This document shows, in pieces, positions 57,677 to 64,000 of a DNA stretch of 64,000 nucleotides (position 1 is the stretch's first letter; the number at the start of each line of letters is the position of its first letter). A program made the translations under genes and the position numbers. The notes below the pieces were generated by a model. That model ran no database searches and was not told where the DNA came from. It saw only the letters and a program-made list of their open reading frames with translations. The DNA is from Camelus dromedarius. Lineage: Eukaryota. The stretch is taken from positions 119,476,001-119,540,000 of the forward strand of contig NC_087436.1 in NCBI RefSeq assembly GCF_036321535.1, written 5' to 3'.

Positions 57677-60637
57677 TACGCCCCTCCTCCTGAGCTTACT
57701 GGTGGAAGACAGTCCACATTTCTCCTCACATTCCCAAACCTGCCCTGCCTGTTTGCTTTTCTTCCATAAAGTGAGCCAGTCTTCAGGAACCAGTACTCGT
57801 TCCGCAGCCCTGGAATCTTGACTCTCCTCCCAACTCCTTAGAGACACTGCTCTACAAATTCTCACCTAAGCCCCATCATCACGATCACCACCCGCCAAAC
57901 ACCTCCATCTCACTTTGTCCTGAAGTGCTGTTGACTGATGTGTATCGAGCATCTGCTCTACGCATATGATACGGTGGTGAAGGTCTCAGAGGGGAGAACG
58001 ACTTTACCTTTGTCTTAAAGGTCTTACAGTGTTGTGAGTGTTTGCTACGGAGCCTGGAGTTCTTCCCTGAGCGCCAGCCTGCGGTCATGGACCCATCCCT
58101 GACATCCTTGTGCTTGTCTCCTGGATGTCTCGACTTTCCTTGACCCAGATCCCACAGCACTCAGCTCAGTTATGCAGGCTACAAACGAGCCGTCCTCATG
58201 TCCTGACAGGTCCAGTTCACCAGCGGCCCTGTCTTCAGAGTAGTTCCCGAGTCTGACCACTTCTCTCAGCCTTGGCCTAAGCCGATGCTTCTCTCTTGCC
58301 CAACCACCGCTGGGGCCTCCTTAGTGGTCTCTCCGCCCCTCTCCGGGGCCCTGCAGCCACTGCAGGCAATGTAACGAGAGTGGTATTGGAGGACACGCCA
58401 CATCACACCAGCCTTCAGCGGCTGCCCGTTCTATTTAGATGAAACTTGAGGGCCTGTAGGCCCGCACAGCGTTCCCCGACCCCTGGGATCGCAGCTGCCT
58501 CCACCTTGATCGTTTGTATTTCTTAGCTCTTCCCCTCAGTCATGGCTGGTGACTGGTCTTTCTGCTTACATATCAGTGCCTCCGAGAGACTTTCCTTTCC
58601 CACCTCATTCTCGCGGCTCTTATTTCTGCAGCAGCAGCTAAAAATGGCTCACGGGGACCAAGAGCCTTGCTGAGCGCCAGGCCACGTTCTGGGCTCTCCG
58701 GCATTTCTTGTGGAATCTCCCCAGCAGCCCTGTGCAGCAGGCTTTGAACTGAGTAGTTTGACTTCAGTCTGTTCGTGGCTGCACTATCTACACTGCCTTC
58801 CCTGCAGCCCTGTGGAAATACATGAAAAACAGGCCCCGGGACTACAACGTAGTGTACTGGAGGAAGCTTGGGGCTGGTAGGGGCTGTGGGGCATCTCCAA
58901 AGCAGTGCTTTTCACTTTAATCTGCACACATATCACCTGGGGAGCTTGTGAAAATGCAGATTCTGACTCATGCCCGGGCTTCTCCCTTCTGAACCAGTGG
59001 TGGGTTCGGGGGGATCCCCAGGCTCCCTGTGCTAACCCAGCCCGGGGCGCGGGCTCCGGGCTCTCTGTCTGTGCTCTCTGGGGCTGCTTTGCTCTAGACT
59101 TCCTTGTGCTTCATCAGAGGCTCCTCTGCAGCCCTGAGGTGTGTATTCCCTTCTGAGCGGGTTCCCAGATAAGTGCACGTGAGTGATGTTTCCCGCAGGG
59201 CAAGGGCCGGTTGTGGGCAAGGCTCTTTCCCTCAGTATCCCATATGCTCTTCACAGCAGTCCTAATGGGCAACAACTCCCAAGAATTTAAAATACGCATC
59301 CAGGATGCCCCAGCGTTTCAATGTGGCAAAGCCAGGGTTTACAAATGGGCCTGATTCCAGAGTCCAAGCCTTCACCTCTTGGTGTAAGAGCATTAACCCC
59401 TGTGGGTCGGAGGCTGGGAGCTCAGTGGTGCAACTGCAAGTGTGACTGGACGGGGGCTGGCAGAGCAAGGTCTTGACCTAGCTCAGCAGGAGGTGAGTGA
59501 GTGGGGCAGGAAGGAAGGTGACTAGGTGGGTGCAGGAACCAGGTGTCACAGGCTGGCTATGAAGGATGGAGAAAGGCAGTGGGTGAATGGGGGGTAGTGA
59601 TGTTGGGGACAGTGATATAGAGGAAGGTGAGACAATTCTAATTTGTCAGATGGTACATGTGACTTTGGGGTCACATGGAATTAATGGGGACAGGCTGTGG
59701 TGAAGTCTGGGCCATTGGCTCACACTTTGTTCCAGGGCCAAGGCTCCCAAGCTGGCGTGGGTGTGGCTGAGGGATGCTAACCATGAGGCCAGGAGGGTCT
59801 GGGGACTAGCAGAGGAGAGGACAGGTGGGGCGACACCTGTGAATACAAGACCAGGGAAGGTTTGGCAGTAGGGTATTGAGACCCCCCAGGGCAGCTGGTT
59901 TTGTGGTGAGTGCTGTGCAGATGCAGACTTAGAAGATAAGTCTCCTGCTGGGACACGGACGTAAGCACAAAGGTAGAATATTTTATGACAACTTGAGACT
60001 GTGGTGGCCGAGCCACAGGTTCGTTAATTGGTTGCTGGAGAATCGGACGGTGTGAGGAAGGCCCGGGTTCCTGCAGATTCTGGTCGGGAGGGCTTTAGGG
60101 GGAGGCAGGGGTCAAGTTGGCTTTGAATTCAAATTATAAAAGGATGTGAGGCTCTCTGCAGACTGTGCAGGGCCTTGTGCTGGTGAATGTACATTCAGGC
60201 TAATTATTGGAGGTGGGTGGAATGTCATGAACAAGGAGTTTTACTTTCGTCGATGACAGTTGACATCCTGATGCGGGACGTGTAGATGTGCACTGTTGCG
60301 CGTTTGCGCATTCGTCAGGTACTTACTTGGGGCCCATTTACCTTAGCGCCTGTGCTAGATGCAGGGTATCTCCTGGGTTAAATCGGGAAATGGGTGTTTA
60401 CAGAGACTCCTGCCGTGTCATTCTGCTGCACGGGGGCCACAGAGCCTCGTTTGGGAAGCCTGGGAACAGTCACCTTCTTAACAAGGTGTAGTTCCCTCTG
60501 AGTGTCATGGGAACAGGTAAGTTCATCCCATGAGCATCCTGACAGTGGGGTTCTTAACTGTCATTAAGGATGGAGGGGGTAAGGAGGGAAGAGCCGAGAC
60601 AGAGGGAACCAGCTAGAATTAATAGGGTTATGCAGAG

Positions 60638-60813
60638 CAGTGGTTCTCAAACTTCAGCGAGATTCAGAACACCCTGGGGGGCTTGTTAAATCGCCAGTCC
60701 TTGTCCCGCCTGTTTCTGAAGTCAGATCTGGGGCTTGGCGTGATAATTTGCATATCTAACAACTTCACTGGTGGTGCTGATGCTGCTGGCCCAGAGCCCT
60801 TTGAGAAGCACTG
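60638..60813. mobile_element. MER5A-type (hAT-Charlie) MITE
   Basis: TIRs CAGTGGTTCTCAAA / TTTGAGAAGCACTG; internal tttgcatatctaacaa...tgctgatgctgctgg; 8-bp flanks atgcagag / gtggagag (6/8, decayed TSD). Confidence 0.85.
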
Positions 60814-60864
60814 GTGGAGAGTAAGACGTGCCAGTCTAAAACCTTTCCTTAGTTTGAAAAATTA

Positions 60865-61450
60865 TGTATTTTTATTGTGGTAAAATAGATAACACATAAT
60901 GTAAAATTCACAATTTTTAACCATCTTTAAGTATACAGTGGCATTAAGTGCATTCCCGCTGCTATGCAGCCATCACCACCAGCCATCTCCAGAACTTTTT
61001 CATTCCTTTAGTGTCCCCATGAAACACTGACTTTCATTTCTAGCTCCCATGCCCCTGGTAGCTACCCTTCCACTTTTCTGTCTCTCTGAGTTTGCCTGTT
61101 CTAGGGACCTCACGTTAAGTGGAATTTTATGTTTTTGCCTTTGTGACTGGCTTGTTTCACTTAGGATAAGGTTCCCCAGGTTTAGCAGTGTTACAGCAGG
61201 TGTCAATTTCCTTCCTCTTTAAGGCTGAGTAATATTCCATTGTGTGGATAGGCTGTATTTTGTTTACCCATCATCCACTGATGGGTACTTGGGTTGCTTC
61301 TACTTTTGGCTGCTGGGAATGCTGCTGCAGTGAACGTAGGTGTACACAACTTTGTTGGAGTCCTTATTATTTGGGGTAAATAGCAGGAAGTGGAATTGCT
61401 GGATCATGTGTATGTGTGTTTTTTAAGGACCTGCCATACTGTTTTCACAG
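60865..61450 (-). mobile_element. L1 3'-end fragment, antisense
   Basis: tttaaggctgagtaatattccattgtgtggata...ggaagtggaattgctggatcat is the reverse complement of an L1 3' end. Confidence 0.85.
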
Positions 61451-63369
61451 TGGGACGTGCGGCTTTCTAAAGCTCTTTCGCAGGTAGCCTGATCTGACCT
61501 GAAGGGCTTTGTTCACCTTGCGGGGCAGTCACCTATATGAGCCGGTGATCTCTGGGTGAGTTTAGAGAGGAGGACAGGGAACCTGGAGCTGAGATGAGGC
61601 TACAGAACTTTCCATCTAAAAAGCCTAGCAAACAGGATTGGTGGCCAAGGGGAACAGAGCCCCTGGGATGGCTGGCTGATAACTGGGAAGGACAGACCAG
61701 TGTCAGTCACTGGCATCTGAGGCCGGACGTGGCCCTGACACAGCGTAGCCTCCAGGAGGGTCCGGCTGCTGAGTGGAGGCGGCAGGAAGGCAGGGGAGGG
61801 TCTGGAGGCCAAGGACGCAGGGCGCGCGCCCAAGGCATCCTCCCAGCCCCTGAGAAGCAGGTGGGCTGTTCTCTTCACTGGAAAAGAAGCGGGTACGAGG
61901 CTGGAGATGGAAATGGCCGCGTCCAGGGCACCCCCGGTGGGCAAGCTGGGTGCCAGCGCGGGGACCGTCCGCGCCTGCGCCGGCCTCGGCCCCACCCCTC
62001 CCGTGTCCCCCCCCCCCCCCCCGCAGCCCGGGAGCGGGCGCGGGCGCACGCGAGGTCGTGTCCGTGTCCGCCCGCGAAGCCCAGGTTGAGGCCACCGGGA
62101 AGGGGGACAAGTGGAAGGAGCGACTAACGAAGGCTGATGCCCAGTGTCCTGCTCACATCCCTCCTCACAGGGACGGCCGGCATGTGTCACGGACTCGTGA
62201 GGGACAGGCCAGGCCCCGAGTGTCCAGGCAGCAGAGCGCCTGCCAGGGGTCGGAGTCCTCCGGCCTCTCAGCCAGAGACTGTCCTTGCAGCCTGCACCCC
62301 CTCCCCCGGGGCCTGGACTCCGCTCCCTCTGCTGCCCTCGGGCCTGGCTGCGTCCTGGCCGCCCCTGGGGTCTCTGCCCCACCCCCCGGGGGCCGCAGGT
62401 TCATGTGGTGAGCCTTCTGGTTGCTTTTGGCCCACGGACGCTTCTCCTCTTAAAGAAAAAGGAGGCTGGAACCGCGTCTCCCTAGGGAGGTACCGCACAC
62501 TGCCCGCCCCCAAGCCTGGCTGAAAAGCCTCGGGCCAAGCGGGCCTCCAGGCCTTTGCCTCCACTTCACGAGCAGACGCTGCCGTTGAGAGAGGCTGCGT
62601 TCAGACTGCTCCGGAGCAAAGCTGCCGACCTGCACAGAGAGGGTGCTCTGTGACCTGGAGACGGTCGCTCTGGTAAAAGCACTGGTTTGTTCACAAGAAC
62701 TGGACAGAATCCTCTGCACAGGGAAGAAGTAGGTCTCTCTGTGCCCCCGCACGCGTCCCAGAGATCACAGAGCGAGAGGTGGCAGCGCTGCTGTAATGTG
62801 GTTGGTCTGGAAAGGAGAGTGGGAGCCCCAAGGTCTGGCCTTGCTCTGCCTTTTGAAAGTCTAAGAAAGCGCGATTGCAGGGACCCCCCTTTTGGTGTGC
62901 ACTGCGTCAGTTCCCCAGGGTACAGGCCGCGTGGTGACCTGGGCCCTTCCTTGGGGGTAGTGTCACCTAAGGTTATTCTCCTAACCTATAAAATGTGGGT
63001 AATCATGCTACCTCGTGGGAATTGCTGGGAGGATGAAATGAGGTGATCTGTGTAAAAGGCCTTACCTGGTAACTGTTATTATTATGAATTTTGTTTTATC
63101 CTGGCAAAACCCTGTAAGAAGACTAATTACAGATCAAGAAGCAGAATTTGAGAGGATAAGGGTTTCCCGGCTAGTAGTAATTGAGTCAGAACCTGAGCCT
63201 GGCTCTAGGTTTCCTCAAAGCCTTCCTGGAGGAGATGATCTGGGTCTTCAGGGTAAACCTGAGTTGTGGAAGTGGAGCTGATGGCTCCGTGGTTGTGGTG
63301 ACAGGCAACACTGATGGAGCGCAAACTGCTCCCAGCCAGGGGCTTAGCATGGGGTGCGTATCCCCTCGT

Positions 63370-63510
63370 TTAATCCCCCGTCGTCCTGTGGAGTAGGTGG
63401 TAGTATTACCTCCGTAATTCAGACAAAGAGATTGAGGCACAGAGAAGTTAAGTGATTTGTCCAAGTTACTCAGCAGTTAAGGGGTGGAGCCAGGATTGGA
63501 ACCCTGAAGC
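63370..63510 (-). mobile_element. MIR SINE fragment
   Basis: gagattgaggcacagagaagttaagtgatttgtccaagttactcagc...ggagccaggattggaaccc. Confidence 0.75.
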
Positions 63511-64000
63511 CCGGCCAAGCCTGTGCACGTGGAGAACAGTCTGCTTTTTGTCTGGAGGATGGGCCGGCACAGCAACCCTTGTGTGGACCTCCAGACGGGG
63601 CACAGGCAGCCTCGGGCCTGGAGGAGAGGAACCCTGAGGCGGCCTTACTGGTGGACCTGGCCAGCCCGCAGTGCTGATGGTTTCCCGGGACTGTTCCCTC
63701 CTTTCCCTGCTCAGGTGCTGGAGGCCAGCACAAGCGCCCTGAAAAGGCCGGAAGGAGAGCCGACCGGCTGGAGAGCCCGGTGGAGCTGCTGCCCGCTCTC
63801 CTTTCCTGGAGAGGCTGTGTCCTGGCCTGAGTCTAGCGACCTTGGAAAGTAGACCTCAGGGCCCAGTTCAGTGTCTTAGAGGCATCTTTTCCTTTATTTT
63901 TCAAAGGGCTTAAGGAAGCGGCATACTTATCTCTCCTTACCTTTTTCCAAAGATGGGAGCCTCTCTCTCTTTTCTGAGGTAGCATATAAGAGCAAACCTC

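Noticed and set aside
61594..62523. Overlapping 128-260 aa ORFs on both strands
   Set aside because: Several frames are open at once in GC-rich DNA, with no domain signal or TADA2B similarity.
1..64000. CRISPR array, tRNA/rRNA/snoRNA genes, operon-like or viral systems
   Set aside because: No regularly spaced repeat-spacer array, cloverleaf, rRNA or convincing box C/D or H/ACA pattern seen by eye. An Rfam/Infernal scan would be needed to exclude small ncRNAs.

Overview
This is mammalian genomic DNA: GT-AG introns, CpG islands and old L1/L2/MIR/MER repeats. It matches the known TBC1D14 - CCDC96(CFAP184) - TADA2B cluster. (1) The + strand carries the 3' part of TBC1D14, a Rab-GAP TBC-domain autophagy regulator. 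I reconstructed 11 coding exons (17771-45413) by hand with consistent splice phases, plus a ~2.6 kb 3'UTR. An internal CpG-island first exon supplies only an ATG (11736-11738); ATG plus the 11 exons is 1242 nt, a 413-aa short isoform. (2) The - strand carries intronless CCDC96/CFAP184 (53982-55664, 560 aa). (3) Head-to-head across a ~650 bp CpG-island promoter lies TADA2B coding exon 1 (56313-56582, ZZ zinc finger and start of SANT); the rest of TADA2B is beyond the window. I found no new gene or novel system. The best second-look items are regulatory: the ATG-only exon with a strong-Kozak uORF, an RFX X-box next to CCDC96, CGG repeats with in-frame near-cognate starts ahead of TADA2B, an intronic NRF1/CpG patch, and Pumilio sites in the distal 3'UTR. 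Gene names, exon numbers and repeat families come from recall of human orthologs and consensus repeats, not from database searches. Repeat boundaries are approximate.
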